Counted from the stretch's first letter, positions 1 through 10,546 are shown. The stretch is 32,000 bases of DNA from Candidatus Pelagibacter sp. HTCC7211 (GCF_000155895.1 NZ_DS995298.1:120001-152000), one strand, 5' to 3'. Translations and numbers: made by a program. The notes: generated from the sequence alone by a model not told the origin.

Positions 1-100
1 TGATTATATTTTCAATTTTTTTAATACTTTTAAGACAGTTAAAAATAACATTTTCACTTCTAAAAGTAACAATACCAACAGTAATTTGATTATAATTCAT
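1..100 (-). CDS. N-terminal fragment of a probable family-2 glycosyltransferase; the gene continues off the left edge
   Basis: ATG at 98-100 (minus strand) opens a stop-free frame to the window edge: MNYNQITVGIVTFRSENVIFNCLKSIKKIENII. The hydrophobic ITVGIVTF strand followed by CL-SI resembles GT2 N-termini. Too short to appear in the ORF track. Confidence 0.35.
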   Translation of the reverse strand, partial: MNYNQITVGIVTFRSENVIFNCLKSIKKIENII

Positions 101-133
101 TTACAATGTCTAATATATTGCGATACTTAAAAA

Positions 134-1153
134 ATGAAAGAAAATTTAATTGTCACTGGCGGTTTAGGTTTTATCGGAAGTAATTTAATAAAGTTACTTT
201 TAAAAAAAAAATTTTCAATCATCAATATTGATAACGTTTCATATTCATCTAATTTTTTTAATTTAAAAGATCTTCCAAAAAAAAATTACAAATTCATTAA
301 ATGTGACATTAATAATAAAAAAAAACTTGTTAATATCTTTAAAGTATACAAGCCCCTCGCTATCTTTAATCTTGCAGCAGAAACACATGTGGATAGATCG
401 ATAGACTCACCAAAATCATTTATAGAAAGCAATATAGTGGGTGTATTTAATTTACTAGAGGCTTTCAGGGAACATTATAAAAAATATAAAAAAATTAAAT
501 TAATACATATTTCTACCGATGAAGTATTTGGTGATATTATAAAAGGAAGATCCAATGAAGATTATCCTTATAAACCTAGCTCACCTTATGCAGCAAGTAA
601 AGCATCATCAAATCATCTTGTTTCTTCTTATGTAAGAACATTTAAAATACCAGCAATTATAACAAATTGTTCAAATAATTATGGTCCCTGTCAACATCCT
701 GAAAAATTAATTCCAAAACTAATTTACAACATTCTTAATAACATACCTTTACCAATTTATGGTGATGGTAAAAATTCAAGAGAATGGATATTTGTTGAAG
801 ACCACTGCGATGCATTATTTCAAGTATTCAAAAAAGGTAAGATAGGAGAGTTCTACAATATAGGTTCTAATAAAAATTATAACAATCTTGAAATTACAAA
901 AAAACTTATAAATATCTCATCACAACATATTAAACCTGGCAACCATGTCAAAATTAAGTATGTCAAAGATCGACCAGGGCATGATAAAAGATATGCTTTG
1001 AATAGTGATAAAATTAATAAGAAACTTTTATGGAAATCCTCAACAGGAATTAATAAAGGACTTAAAAAAACTTTTTTATGGTATCTAAATAATCAGAAAT
1101 ATTTTAAATCAATAAAAAAAATTCATATAACAAAAAGGCTCGGTACAATATGA
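134..1153 (+). CDS. rfbB: dTDP-glucose 4,6-dehydratase (RmlB/RfbB type)
   Basis: 339 aa. Rossmann motif TGGLGFIGSN, catalytic YAASKASSNHL (YxxxK) and DRPGHDKRYA near the C-terminus. ATGA overlap with the next gene. Confidence 0.9.
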   Translation: MKENLIVTGGLGFIGSNLIKLLLKKKFSIINIDNVSYSSNFFNLKDLPKKNYKFIKCDINNKKKLVNIFKVYKPLAIFNLAAETHVDRSIDSPKSFIESNIVGVFNLLEAFREHYKKYKKIKLIHISTDEVFGDIIKGRSNEDYPYKPSSPYAASKASSNHLVSSYVRTFKIPAIITNCSNNYGPCQHPEKLIPKLIYNILNNIPLPIYGDGKNSREWIFVEDHCDALFQVFKKGKIGEFYNIGSNKNYNNLEITKKLINISSQHIKPGNHVKIKYVKDRPGHDKRYALNSDKINKKLLWKSSTGINKGLKKTFLWYLNNQKYFKSIKKIHITKRLGTI

Positions 1154-2031
1154 TAAAAAAAGGTATAATACTTGCTGGTGGAAAAGGAACAAGAATGAGT
1201 CCATTAACCAAAGCAGTAAATAAACAATTACTACCTATTTATGATAAACCTCTAATTTTTTATCCATTGTCAATTTTGATGCTCTCTAAAATTAAAGATA
1301 TTCTAATTATTGTAAATAAAGGGCAACTAGATCAATACAAAAAATTATTACCAGATGGTAAAAATCTTGGAATTAAAATAACATACATAGAACAAGATAA
1401 ACCAAGGGGATTACCAGATGCATTTATACTAGGTGAAAAATTTATTGGTTCAGATAACGTCTCCATGATATTGGGTGATAATTTTTTTTATGGTCAAAGT
1501 TTATCAGATACTCTTAAAAGGTGTGCTAATCTTAAAATCGGAGCAAAAGTTTTATTATATAAAGTTAATAATCCAGAACTATTTGGGGTTGCAAAAATTG
1601 ACAGAAAAAGCAAAAAAATTAAAGCTTTAAAAGAAAAACCAAAAAAGTTTATTTCAAATCAAGCTGTAACTGGATTATATTTTTTTGATAATAAAGTAAT
1701 TAAGTATGCAAAGAATTTAAAACCTTCAAAAAGAAAAGAGTTGGAAATAGTTGATTTGCTTAATAAGTACAAAACTAAAAAAAAACTCTCTGCGGAATTT
1801 CTTGGTAGAGGTGGGGCTTGGCTTGATACTGGATCTATAGAAGATTATTATAAAACTTCAGCATTTGTTCAGGCAATTGAAAATCGTCAAGGTTTAAAAA
1901 TAGCTTGTCTTGAAGAAATTGCTTTATTAAATAAATGGATATCAAAATCTCAAATAATGAAACAAGTAAAATTTTATGGAAATTGTGAATACTCGAATTA
2001 CTTAAAAAAAATTATAAAAAAAAGTGCCTAA
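1150..2031 (+). CDS. rfbA: glucose-1-phosphate thymidylyltransferase (RmlA/RfbA type)
   Basis: 293 aa. GIILAGGKGTRMSPLT...NKQLLPIYDKPLIFYPLS is the RmlA signature, not the RfbF cytidylyltransferase pattern. Confidence 0.9.
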   Translation: MIKKGIILAGGKGTRMSPLTKAVNKQLLPIYDKPLIFYPLSILMLSKIKDILIIVNKGQLDQYKKLLPDGKNLGIKITYIEQDKPRGLPDAFILGEKFIGSDNVSMILGDNFFYGQSLSDTLKRCANLKIGAKVLLYKVNNPELFGVAKIDRKSKKIKALKEKPKKFISNQAVTGLYFFDNKVIKYAKNLKPSKRKELEIVDLLNKYKTKKKLSAEFLGRGGAWLDTGSIEDYYKTSAFVQAIENRQGLKIACLEEIALLNKWISKSQIMKQVKFYGNCEYSNYLKKIIKKSA

Positions 2032-2878
2032 TATATTATTAACAGGAGCAACTGGATTTATCGGCTCTAATATTTTAAAAGCAATAAAATTAAATAATAA
2101 AGTATTTGTACTTCAAAGATTTAACTCAAAAATAATAATTAATAAATCCAATAATATAAAAATCTTAAAATTTAAAGATTATAATTCCCTTTCGAATAAA
2201 CTTAAAAAAATTAAAGTAAATACGATTATACATTGTGCAACTCATTATAAAAAAAAACATTCCTATAAAGATATTTTTAAGTTTGCAGAGTCTAATATCA
2301 TGTTGGGAAATATAATATTGGAAAATATAAAAATTTTAAATGCAAAACAATTTATTAATTTTTCAACAACATGGGAAGATATTGATAATAAAGAAAACAA
2401 TCCAAAAAATTTATACGCTGCTTATAAAAAAAGTTTTAACTGTATTATACAATACTACAAAAAAAACTTTCCCAATATTAATTTTATTGACCTGATGGTA
2501 GTAGATACTTTTGGAGAAAATGATAAAAGACAAAAATTAATAAATACTTTAAGGAAAAATTATAATCAAAAGAAAATAACAAAAATAATATCAAAAAAAC
2601 TATATCTTAATTTGATCAATGTTGAAGACATTGTGAGCGCCGTAAAAATTATTTTAAAAAATAAAATTCGACCAGGAAAATATATTCTAAAAAATACAAA
2701 TTATCTAAATATTTTTAATTTAGTTGAATATATTAACAAAAGTAATAGCAATAAGATAAAAGTTAAATGGCTATCAAGCTCTTTAATAAAAGATAAAATA
2801 TTAAAATATAAAAAATTAAATTATTGGAATCCTAAAAAAAGTAATATAGAGAATATAAAGAATTTAATTTTAAATTAA
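2024..2878 (+). CDS. short NAD(P)-dependent SDR epimerase/reductase, probably an NDP-4-ketohexose 4-reductase
   Basis: 284 aa. LLTGATGFIGSN Rossmann motif and YAAYK (YxxxK). Very Lys/Asn-rich. Size and layout recall small sugar 4-ketoreductases (RfbS/RfbJ/RmlD-like). Specificity cannot be determined by eye. Confidence 0.7.
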   Translation: MPNILLTGATGFIGSNILKAIKLNNKVFVLQRFNSKIIINKSNNIKILKFKDYNSLSNKLKKIKVNTIIHCATHYKKKHSYKDIFKFAESNIMLGNIILENIKILNAKQFINFSTTWEDIDNKENNPKNLYAAYKKSFNCIIQYYKKNFPNINFIDLMVVDTFGENDKRQKLINTLRKNYNQKKITKIISKKLYLNLINVEDIVSAVKIILKNKIRPGKYILKNTNYLNIFNLVEYINKSNSNKIKVKWLSSSLIKDKILKYKKLNYWNPKKSNIENIKNLILN

Positions 2879-2896
2879 CTTTACTTACAATTATTT

Positions 2897-4099
2897 ATGA
2901 AAAAAGTTTATTACGGTAAGGCTGTTTACGATAATAAAGAGATTAATGCAGTTCTTAAAGTTCTCAAAAATGACAGTTTATCTCTAGTGGATGGTAAAAA
3001 TGTTAAAATCTTAGAAAAAATAGTTTCATCTTTATTTGGAAAAAAATATGGTTTAATGGTCAATTCAGGATCATCTGCAAATCTACTTGCTATTGCATCA
3101 TTAAACTTTAAAAAAAATTCAGAGATAATTACTCCAAATTTGACTTTTTCAACTACTGTGGCTCCAATTTATCAATTAGGTTTGATACCTCATTTTATAG
3201 GCGTAGAAGAAAATAAGTTTTTAGCCGACCCATCTCATATAGAAAAATGCATCAATAAAAAAACTGTTGCAATAATGATTCCAAATTTACTAGGCAATAT
3301 AGCTGATTGGAAAAAAATTCATTCGATAGCTAAAAAACATAAACTTAAAGTTATCGAAGATTCAGCCGATACTATTGGTTATACTATTGACAAAAAAAAT
3401 GCTGGGAAATATTCAGATATAACAACAAATAGTTTTTATGCATCACATATTATCAATGGAGCAGGAACAGGAGGAATAGTTTGCTTCAACGATTTTAAAT
3501 TATACCAAAGAGCTAAACTTCTCAGGGGGTGGGGTAGATCTTCAGCTCATTTTAACGAGTCAGAAAGTATTAAAGATAGATTTAATGTTAAAATATCTGG
3601 ATTTGATTATGATGCAAAATATATATTTTCAGATCTTGGTTATAACTTTTTACCTTCAGAGATATCAGCTACATTTGCTATCGAACAAATTAAAAAGCTA
3701 AAAAATAACATAAATATAAGAAATAAAAATTTTGATTATTTGAAAAATTTTTTTGGAGATTATGATGATTTATTTAATCTACCTGAACAATATAAAAATG
3801 TAAAAACACCATGGCTAGCTTTTCCTCTAGTAATAAAAGAAAATAAATATTTTAATAGAAAAGAAATGCAAATTTTCTTTGAAAAAAATAACATTCAGAC
3901 GAGAACAATTTTTACTGGTAATATATTAAAACAACCTGTTATGAGAAATAAGACATATAAAAAACATCCTCAATGTGACGCAATTGCAAATAATGTTATG
4001 AAGAATGGAATTTTGCTTGGGTGCCATCAAGGAATGAAGAAAAATGAATTAGATTATATTTGTCAAACATTTTTAAAATTTCTAAAAAATTGTCAATAA
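2897..4099 (+). CDS. DegT/DnrJ/EryC1-fold, RfbH/ColD-like NDP-4-keto-6-deoxyhexose 3-dehydratase
   Basis: 400 aa. VNSGSSANLLA and TFSTTVAPIYQLGLIP resemble RfbH-type proteins. At the Schiff-base position of the SFxxxK motif the sequence reads SFYASH (His184, codon cat at 3446-3448). Confidence 0.8.
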   Translation: MKKVYYGKAVYDNKEINAVLKVLKNDSLSLVDGKNVKILEKIVSSLFGKKYGLMVNSGSSANLLAIASLNFKKNSEIITPNLTFSTTVAPIYQLGLIPHFIGVEENKFLADPSHIEKCINKKTVAIMIPNLLGNIADWKKIHSIAKKHKLKVIEDSADTIGYTIDKKNAGKYSDITTNSFYASHIINGAGTGGIVCFNDFKLYQRAKLLRGWGRSSAHFNESESIKDRFNVKISGFDYDAKYIFSDLGYNFLPSEISATFAIEQIKKLKNNINIRNKNFDYLKNFFGDYDDLFNLPEQYKNVKTPWLAFPLVIKENKYFNRKEMQIFFEKNNIQTRTIFTGNILKQPVMRNKTYKKHPQCDAIANNVMKNGILLGCHQGMKKNELDYICQTFLKFLKNCQ

Positions 4100-4635
4100 T
4101 AAAAACTAAATTTCCTGGATTAGTAATTTATAAAAGAGAAACTTTCGATGATAAACGAGGATATTTTAGAGAATTATTTTTAAAAAAAGATTTAAATAAA
4201 AAATTTGTATTTGATTATTATTCTTTATCAAAAAAAAATGTACTAAGAGGATTGCACCTACAACTCAAAAAACCTCAAGGAAAACTAATAACTGTACTAT
4301 CTGGAAAAATTTTCGATGTTGCTCTTGATTGTAGACCAAAATCAAAAACTTTTAGACAATTTTATACTGTAGAATTATCTGAAAATGAAAATATTTCTTT
4401 ATATATTCCAGAGGGGTTTGCTCACGGATTTTGCAGTTTAGCTAATAATACTCTTTTGCATTATAGATGCACAAATTATAGAGATAAAAATTCAGAGACT
4501 GGTATTTATTGGAAAGATAAAGATTTGGCCATTAATTGGCCAAAAAAAAAATTTTTTGTGTCTTCTAAGGATAAAAAAAATATCTTATTTAAAAATTTTT
4601 TAGAGTCTAAAATATTTAAAAAAATTAAGTTTTAG
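4060..4635 (+). CDS. rfbC: RmlC-like cupin, NDP-4-keto-6-deoxyhexose 3,5- (or 5-) epimerase
   Basis: 191 aa. FDDKRGYFRELF, LRGLHLQ, GKIFDVALDCR and PEGFAHGF motifs of dTDP-4-dehydrorhamnose epimerases. The start is uncertain: the track start is TTG at 4060, overlapping the upstream gene by 40 nt, and there is no in-frame ATG before the conserved core. Confidence 0.8.
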   Translation: MSNIFKISKKLSIIKTKFPGLVIYKRETFDDKRGYFRELFLKKDLNKKFVFDYYSLSKKNVLRGLHLQLKKPQGKLITVLSGKIFDVALDCRPKSKTFRQFYTVELSENENISLYIPEGFAHGFCSLANNTLLHYRCTNYRDKNSETGIYWKDKDLAINWPKKKFFVSSKDKKNILFKNFLESKIFKKIKF

Positions 4636-4654
4636 GAATAAAAAATTAATTCTT

Positions 4655-6463
4655 TTATTTTTCTTTGCTTATTTTAAGAACACCTATAAATGCTTCTTGA
4701 GGTATTTCTACTCTGCCAAATTGCTTCGATCTAGCTTTACCTTTTTTTTGTTTTTCCAAAAGTTTTCTTTTTCTATCGGTAGCTCCACCACCATGAATTT
4801 TAGTTAATACATCTTTTTTGAAGCCTTTTATAGTTTCTCTTGCTATGATTTTTCCACCAATTGCTGCTTGAACTGGTATCATAAAATTATGTCTTGGAAT
4901 TAAATCTTTGAGCTTTTCACAAACTTCTCTTCCTGTTCTTTGGGCAAAATCTTTATGTATCATCATAGCCAAAGCATCAACTGGTTCAGCATTTACTAAA
5001 ATTCCAAGTTTGACTAAATCTCCTTCTCTATGTTCAATAATTTCATAATCAAAACTAGCGTAACCACTTGTCATTGATTTTAAACGATCATTAAAATCAA
5101 AAACAACTTCGTTAAGAGGTAGTTCATAATTAACAACTGCTCTATTACCTGAATAACTCAAATTGGTCTGCACACCTCTTTTATCTTGGCACATCTTAAT
5201 TATTGATCCTAAATATTGATCAGGTGTAATAATTGTTGCCTTTATCCAGGGCTCTTCAATTGTTTTTATTAATGTTGAGTCAGGCAAACTTGATGGATTG
5301 TGTAAATCTATAGTACTCCCATTATTCATATAAACTTTGTAAACAACACCTGGTGTCGTAGTTAATAAATTGACATCAAATTCTCTTTCTAATCTTTCTG
5401 TTACAATTTCCAAATGAAGTAATCCTAAAAAACCACATCTAAAACCTAATCCCAATGCTGAAGAAGACTCAGGTTCAAATGAAAAACTTGCATCATTCAA
5501 TTGTAATTTTGCTAACCCATCTTTTAATTTTTGATATTCAGAACTATCTACTGGAAATAGTCCACAAAAAACTACTGGCTTACTTGGTTTAAAACCAGGC
5601 AAAACCTCCTTCAATGGTTTTGCTGCATCACAAATAGTGTCACCAACTTTTGTTTCGGATAAAACTTTTATTCCAGTTGTTATAAATCCTATTTCACCAG
5701 CATTTAATTGATTAATATCTGTAGCTTTAGGTGTAAATACCCCAACTTTTTCAACGATATATTCTTGATTAGTAGACATCATTTTAATTTTCATATTTTT
5801 TGAAATCTTTCCATCAATTACTCTAACTAAGATAACAACTCCTAAATAAGTGTCATACCAGCTATCAACTAGTAAACATTTTAAATCTCCAGAAACTTCG
5901 CCTTTGGGACCAGGTAGAACAGTTATAATTTGTTCTAAAATATCATTAATACCTTCTCCTGTTTTTCCAGAACAAGGAACAGCTCCTTCCGTATCTATGC
6001 CTATTACTTCTTCAATCTGTGTTTTCGTTTTTTCCAAATCTGATGCAGGTAAATCAACTTTATTTAGTACTGGTACAATTTCATGATTTATGTCTAATGC
6101 CTGATAAACATTTGCAAGTGTTTGTGCCTCTACACCTTGAGTACTATCCACAATTAAAATTGATCCTTCGCATGCATATAGAGATCTACTTACTTCATAA
6201 CTAAAATCAACATGGCCCGGTGTATCAATAATATTTAGAATATAATTTTTACCATCTTTTGCTTTATAATTAAGTTTTACAGTTTGTGCTTTGATGGTAA
6301 TCCCTCTCTCACGCTCAATATCCATTGAGTCTAGTACCTGTGCCTTCATTTCTCTTTCAGTAAGTCCGCCACAACTATGAATTATTCTATCTGCTATCGT
6401 AGATTTACCATGGTCAATATGCGCAATTATTGCAAAATTTCTTATATTATCAATGTTTGCCAT
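4655..6463 (-). CDS. lepA: elongation factor 4 (LepA)
   Basis: 602 aa. GTPase motifs [14 protein letters not shown] and NKVD, with LepA-length C-terminal domains. Confidence 0.97.
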   Translation of the reverse strand: MANIDNIRNFAIIAHIDHGKSTIADRIIHSCGGLTEREMKAQVLDSMDIERERGITIKAQTVKLNYKAKDGKNYILNIIDTPGHVDFSYEVSRSLYACEGSILIVDSTQGVEAQTLANVYQALDINHEIVPVLNKVDLPASDLEKTKTQIEEVIGIDTEGAVPCSGKTGEGINDILEQIITVLPGPKGEVSGDLKCLLVDSWYDTYLGVVILVRVIDGKISKNMKIKMMSTNQEYIVEKVGVFTPKATDINQLNAGEIGFITTGIKVLSETKVGDTICDAAKPLKEVLPGFKPSKPVVFCGLFPVDSSEYQKLKDGLAKLQLNDASFSFEPESSSALGLGFRCGFLGLLHLEIVTERLEREFDVNLLTTTPGVVYKVYMNNGSTIDLHNPSSLPDSTLIKTIEEPWIKATIITPDQYLGSIIKMCQDKRGVQTNLSYSGNRAVVNYELPLNEVVFDFNDRLKSMTSGYASFDYEIIEHREGDLVKLGILVNAEPVDALAMMIHKDFAQRTGREVCEKLKDLIPRHNFMIPVQAAIGGKIIARETIKGFKKDVLTKIHGGGATDRKRKLLEKQKKGKARSKQFGRVEIPQEAFIGVLKISKEK

Positions 6464-6465
6464 TA

Positions 6466-8874
6466 CTATGATCTTATCTTAGCGTCTAGTTTGGACTCTA
6501 CGGCAGTGATAATTGTTTGGTTTATTTTGTTCAAATCATCTTCATTTAGTGTTTTTTCAGATGATTGAATTGTTACGTTTAGTGCGATAGATTTTTTGTT
6601 ATCTGGTATATTTTTACCTTCATATACATCAAAAACTTTAACCGACTTAATTAAATTTTTATCAACATTTGCTATTATTTCAATTAACTCTTGAACTTGA
6701 AAATCTTTGTCTAAGATAAAAGCAAAATCTCTTTCTGATTTTTGAAAGTCAGAAAATTTATTTTTAGTTTTTTGATCTTTAAGAGATTTTTTTGGTTGTT
6801 TAATATTATCTAAAAAAATTTCAAATCCTACTAGAGCCTCTATTTTAATATCTAATTTTTTTAAAACATTAGGATGAATATCTCCAAAATAAGCTACTAC
6901 TTTTTCTTTACCTTTGTTTAAAAAAACTCTTCCAGATTTTCCTGGGTGATAATAACTTGGTGTTTCTATATCAAAATATAGATTTTCCTTAGAATATCCT
7001 GCCTCTACTAGGCTTTTAATCACATCACTTTTGACATCAAATAAATCAACTAATCTCTCTTTTTCTAACCAACTCTGTCTGAAAATCTTTCCAGATTTTA
7101 ATCCACCTACAACTGTTTGTTGCTCACCTGGTTTTTTTCCAAGGAATGTAGGTCCTATTTCAAATATTGATAAATCTTTAAATCCTCTATCTAAGTTTTT
7201 ATTTAAATGAATTATTAAGTTAGAAAATATCGAGCTTCTTAAAACATCTAAATCTGAGCTTATTGGGTTAACAATTTTAATTTCTTTATTTTTTTCAAGA
7301 AATAATTGATTAATTCTACTATCAGTAAATGACCAAGTAATTGCCTCTAAATAACCTTTTGAAGCAACAGCTCTTTGTAAAAAATGAAATAATTTTTGCT
7401 TTTTATTTAAAGTTTCTTTTTGTCGAACTTTTTGAGGTTCTATTAATTCAATATGTTCATAACCTTTAATTCTTATTAGTTCTTCAACTACATCGATTTC
7501 TTGGGAAATATCTGGTCTCCAAGAAGGAATCTTGAGCTGTAAGTTTTTTTGATTTTCTTTAATGACAAACCCTAAATCATTCAAAATCTTCATCATTTCA
7601 TCTTTTTCGATTTTTATTCCAGTTACTTTTTCAAAAATCTTAGGATTAAATTCTAAAGATTTATTTTCATATTTTTTAATGTTTTGGATATCAATATCAC
7701 TTACTTTACCACCACAAATTTCTTGAATTAAATTAGATGCTTTTTTTAAACCTTGTTCGATTGATAATGGATCAATGCCTCTTTCAAATCTAAATTTTGC
7801 ATCAGTATCGATATTGCAAATTTTTGAAGATTTTCTAATAGATCTAGGCAAAAAATAAGCAGACTCAATTAATACATTTTTTGTATCAAGTTCTGTTCCA
7901 GATCTAGTACCTCCAATTATTCCACCTAAGCCCAATACACCTGAGGCATCTGAAATTACGCACATTCCCTCATCAAGTTTATATTCCTTATTATCTAATG
8001 CTGTAAAAGTTTCATTTTTTTTTGAATTTCTGACTATTATTCCCTTGTCAATTTTATCAACATCATAAGCATGGAGAGGTCTATTTAAATCAAACATTAT
8101 GTAGTTGGTAATATCAACAATGGCTGAAATTGGTTTTTGCCCTATAGAAATTATTTTTTCTTTTAGCCAATCTGGACTTTCAATATTTTTTACTCCAGTA
8201 ATTAAACAGCTTCCAAATATTGTGCACGCTTGATTTTCTTCATTTTCAATTTTTACACTAACCGTTTGTTTTCCATCTTTTTTTAATTCATTTTCTTTAA
8301 AGTCTTTTAATTTACCTGAGCCTGCTGCAGCCAGATCTCTGGCAATTCCTCTAACACCTAAACAGTCTGCTCTATTTGGTGTAATAGATATATCAATTAC
8401 GTTTGAATTTTTTTTTGGAAAATAATTATCTCCAATCTTATTTTTAAAATCATTCGATGAAAGCTCAGTAATACCATCACTTTCATCTGATAAATTTAAT
8501 TCAGACTCTGAACATAACATCCCATAAGAGCTAACTCCTCTAATTTTACTGACTACTAATTTCATTTGATTTTTAGGAATAACCGAACCTGGTGGGGCAT
8601 AGATTGTAAACAAACCTTCTTTCGCATTTGGAGCACCACAAACAACTTTGACAGGATTTTCTTTACCTATATCCACATCACAAACTCTAAGCTTATCAGC
8701 ATTTGGATGCTTTTCTACTTTTAAAATTTTTGCAACAATGAACTCATCTAATTCGCCACCTTGTTTTTCAACACTTTCAACTTCTAAACCAACATCTGTA
8801 AGTTTTTCTATTATCTTATTTTCATCTAATTTTGTATCTAGATGTTCTTTTAACCAGTCAGATGTAATTTTCAT
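6466..8874 (-). CDS. pheT: phenylalanine--tRNA ligase beta subunit
   Basis: 802 aa. N-terminal OB/tRNA-binding domain ([14 protein letters not shown]), B3/4 and B5 regions, and a C-terminal ferredoxin-fold anticodon-binding domain. ATGA overlap with pheS. Confidence 0.95.
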   Translation of the reverse strand: MKITSDWLKEHLDTKLDENKIIEKLTDVGLEVESVEKQGGELDEFIVAKILKVEKHPNADKLRVCDVDIGKENPVKVVCGAPNAKEGLFTIYAPPGSVIPKNQMKLVVSKIRGVSSYGMLCSESELNLSDESDGITELSSNDFKNKIGDNYFPKKNSNVIDISITPNRADCLGVRGIARDLAAAGSGKLKDFKENELKKDGKQTVSVKIENEENQACTIFGSCLITGVKNIESPDWLKEKIISIGQKPISAIVDITNYIMFDLNRPLHAYDVDKIDKGIIVRNSKKNETFTALDNKEYKLDEGMCVISDASGVLGLGGIIGGTRSGTELDTKNVLIESAYFLPRSIRKSSKICNIDTDAKFRFERGIDPLSIEQGLKKASNLIQEICGGKVSDIDIQNIKKYENKSLEFNPKIFEKVTGIKIEKDEMMKILNDLGFVIKENQKNLQLKIPSWRPDISQEIDVVEELIRIKGYEHIELIEPQKVRQKETLNKKQKLFHFLQRAVASKGYLEAITWSFTDSRINQLFLEKNKEIKIVNPISSDLDVLRSSIFSNLIIHLNKNLDRGFKDLSIFEIGPTFLGKKPGEQQTVVGGLKSGKIFRQSWLEKERLVDLFDVKSDVIKSLVEAGYSKENLYFDIETPSYYHPGKSGRVFLNKGKEKVVAYFGDIHPNVLKKLDIKIEALVGFEIFLDNIKQPKKSLKDQKTKNKFSDFQKSERDFAFILDKDFQVQELIEIIANVDKNLIKSVKVFDVYEGKNIPDNKKSIALNVTIQSSEKTLNEDDLNKINQTIITAVESKLDAKIRS

Positions 8875-9938
8875 CTACTTAAACCTCTATAACTTGAAGG
8901 TACATCAATTGGATCGAATCCAAATTGATTTAACCATCTGTAATCACAATCAAAGAATGCCCTTAAGTCATTGATTCCATACTTAAGCATCGCCAATCTA
9001 TCTATTCCAATTCCAAAAGCATATCCTTGAAATTTGCCTGGATCCACATTAACATTTTTAAGAACATTAGGATGAACCATTCCACAGCCTAAAATTTCAA
9101 GCCATTTGTCTCCCTCACCAATTATTATTTTTCCATCTTTAATTTCGTAACCTATATCTACTTCAGCCGAAGGTTCCGTGAATGGAAAATGGCTTGGTCT
9201 AAATCTCATTTTTATCTTATCAACCTCAAAAAATTCTTTAATAAAATAATTTAAACAGCCTTTTAAGTGACCCATATTAATATCTTTATCAATATGTAAG
9301 CCTTCTACTTGATGAAACATTGGTGCATGTGTTTGATCACTATCAGATCTATAAGTCCTTCCAGGTGCAATAATCTTAAAAGGTGGTTTATCATTTAACA
9401 TGGTTCGAATTTGAACAGGAGAAGTATGTGTTCTTAAGAGTAATTCTTTTTTTTCATCTAGATAAAAAGTATCATGCATATCTCTGGCTGGATGATTATC
9501 TGGAGTATTTAAAGCTGTGAAATTATTATATTCATTTTCAACATCAGGACCTTCCTCAACACTAAAACCAATTTCAGAGAAGATAGAGGAAATTTCATCA
9601 ATTACTTGAGATACTGGATGAATTTTACCCTCTGCAAATGGTCTCCCTGGTAATGTAATATCTACTTTTTCTTTTTCTAGTTTTTGATTTATTTCTTTAA
9701 TTTCAATTTCTTCTATTTTTGAAACAATTAAATTTTGTAATTCATCTTTTATATCATTTAATTCTGACGCAAATTTTTTTCTTTCATCCTCTGGAATTTT
9801 ACCAAGTTGTTTAAATTGAGAACTTACTAATCCATTTTTGCCAAATAAATCTGTTTTAATTTCATTAATTTGATTTACATCTAAGTCTTTGCTTAGCTTA
9901 AGAAGATATTCGTCTTTAATATTTTTAATATCTGACAT
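8871..9938 (-). CDS. pheS: phenylalanine--tRNA ligase alpha subunit
   Basis: 355 aa. Class II motifs [14 protein letters not shown] and [14 protein letters not shown]. Confidence 0.95.
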   Translation of the reverse strand: MSDIKNIKDEYLLKLSKDLDVNQINEIKTDLFGKNGLVSSQFKQLGKIPEDERKKFASELNDIKDELQNLIVSKIEEIEIKEINQKLEKEKVDITLPGRPFAEGKIHPVSQVIDEISSIFSEIGFSVEEGPDVENEYNNFTALNTPDNHPARDMHDTFYLDEKKELLLRTHTSPVQIRTMLNDKPPFKIIAPGRTYRSDSDQTHAPMFHQVEGLHIDKDINMGHLKGCLNYFIKEFFEVDKIKMRFRPSHFPFTEPSAEVDIGYEIKDGKIIIGEGDKWLEILGCGMVHPNVLKNVNVDPGKFQGYAFGIGIDRLAMLKYGINDLRAFFDCDYRWLNQFGFDPIDVPSSYRGLSR

Positions 9939-9981
9939 TTTAAGAGATTATTTCTTCACCGGCGAAAAACAATAGTGAAGA

Positions 9982-10338
9982 TTAATTTAGAGCAGATTGA
10001 GCTTTTTGAACAATAGTTTTAAAGGCTTCTGGGCTATCGTATGCTATTTCTGCTAATATTTTTCTATCGATAGTTACTCCACATTTACTAAGTCCATTAA
10101 TAAACTTTGAATAAGTCAATCCCTCGGCTCTTACTCCGGCATTAATTCTTTGGATCCATAATGCTTTAAAGTCTCTTTTTTTATTTCTTCTATCTCGATA
10201 AGCATATTGCATAGCCTTTTCCATGGCTTGTTTTGCAACTCTAATAGTATTCTTTCTTCTGCCCCACTGGCCTTTTACTGCCTTTAAAACTTTTTTATGT
10301 TTAGCTTTACTTGTGACACCTCTTTTAACTCTTGCCAT
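9982..10338 (-). CDS. rplT: 50S ribosomal protein L20
   Basis: 118 aa. [19 protein letters not shown]... is typical of L20. Confidence 0.95.
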   Translation of the reverse strand: MARVKRGVTSKAKHKKVLKAVKGQWGRRKNTIRVAKQAMEKAMQYAYRDRRNKKRDFKALWIQRINAGVRAEGLTYSKFINGLSKCGVTIDRKILAEIAYDSPEAFKTIVQKAQSALN

Positions 10339-10339
10339 T

Positions 10340-10546
10340 TTAACCTCTTAAACTGTAAGGCATATACGACTTAACAATTTTTCCGTCTTGTTTTGACATC
10401 GTTGTTGTACCTCTTAATTTTCTAATTTGAGAATTTGTTCTTTTAATCATGCCATGTCTTTTACCAGCCTGGGCAGTCATGACTTTACCTTTTGCAGATA
10501 TCTTAAATCTTTTTTTTGCTGAGCTTTTTGTTTTTAATTTTGGCAT
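10340..10546 (-). CDS. rpmI: 50S ribosomal protein L35
   Basis: 68 aa, highly basic. [15 protein letters not shown]... is typical of L35. 1-nt gap to rplT. Confidence 0.93.
   Translation of the reverse strand: MPKLKTKSSAKKRFKISAKGKVMTAQAGKRHGMIKRTNSQIRKLRGTTTMSKQDGKIVKSYMPYSLRG

Noticed and set aside
4060-4099. The 40-nt overlap between the dehydratase gene and the RmlC-like gene as a sign of frameshifting or gene fusion
   Set aside because: The two frames differ and each protein is complete on its own. The overlap is more simply explained by an uncertain non-ATG start for the downstream gene.
4636-4654. Possible bidirectional terminator between the convergent RmlC-like gene and lepA (AGGAAT..ATTCTT)
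   Set aside because: The stem is only 6 bp, almost all A-U with one G-U pair, and the gap is 19 nt. That is too weak to call.
5850-6568. Plus-strand ORFs 5850-6086, 6019-6204 and 6377-6568
   Set aside because: They are antisense shadows inside or across lepA and pheT. They are low-complexity with no motifs and are fully explained by the strongly conserved genes on the other strand.
8648-8974. 108-aa plus-strand ORF spanning the pheT/pheS junction
   Set aside because: It is antisense to two highly conserved aminoacyl-tRNA synthetase genes. Its Ser/Phe-rich composition is typical of a reverse-frame artefact.
9939-9981. A pheM-like leader peptide or attenuator upstream of pheS
   Set aside because: The spacer is only 43 nt, has no small ORF with Phe codons, and the hairpin lacks a U-tract. 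It is reported only as a stem-loop of unknown role.
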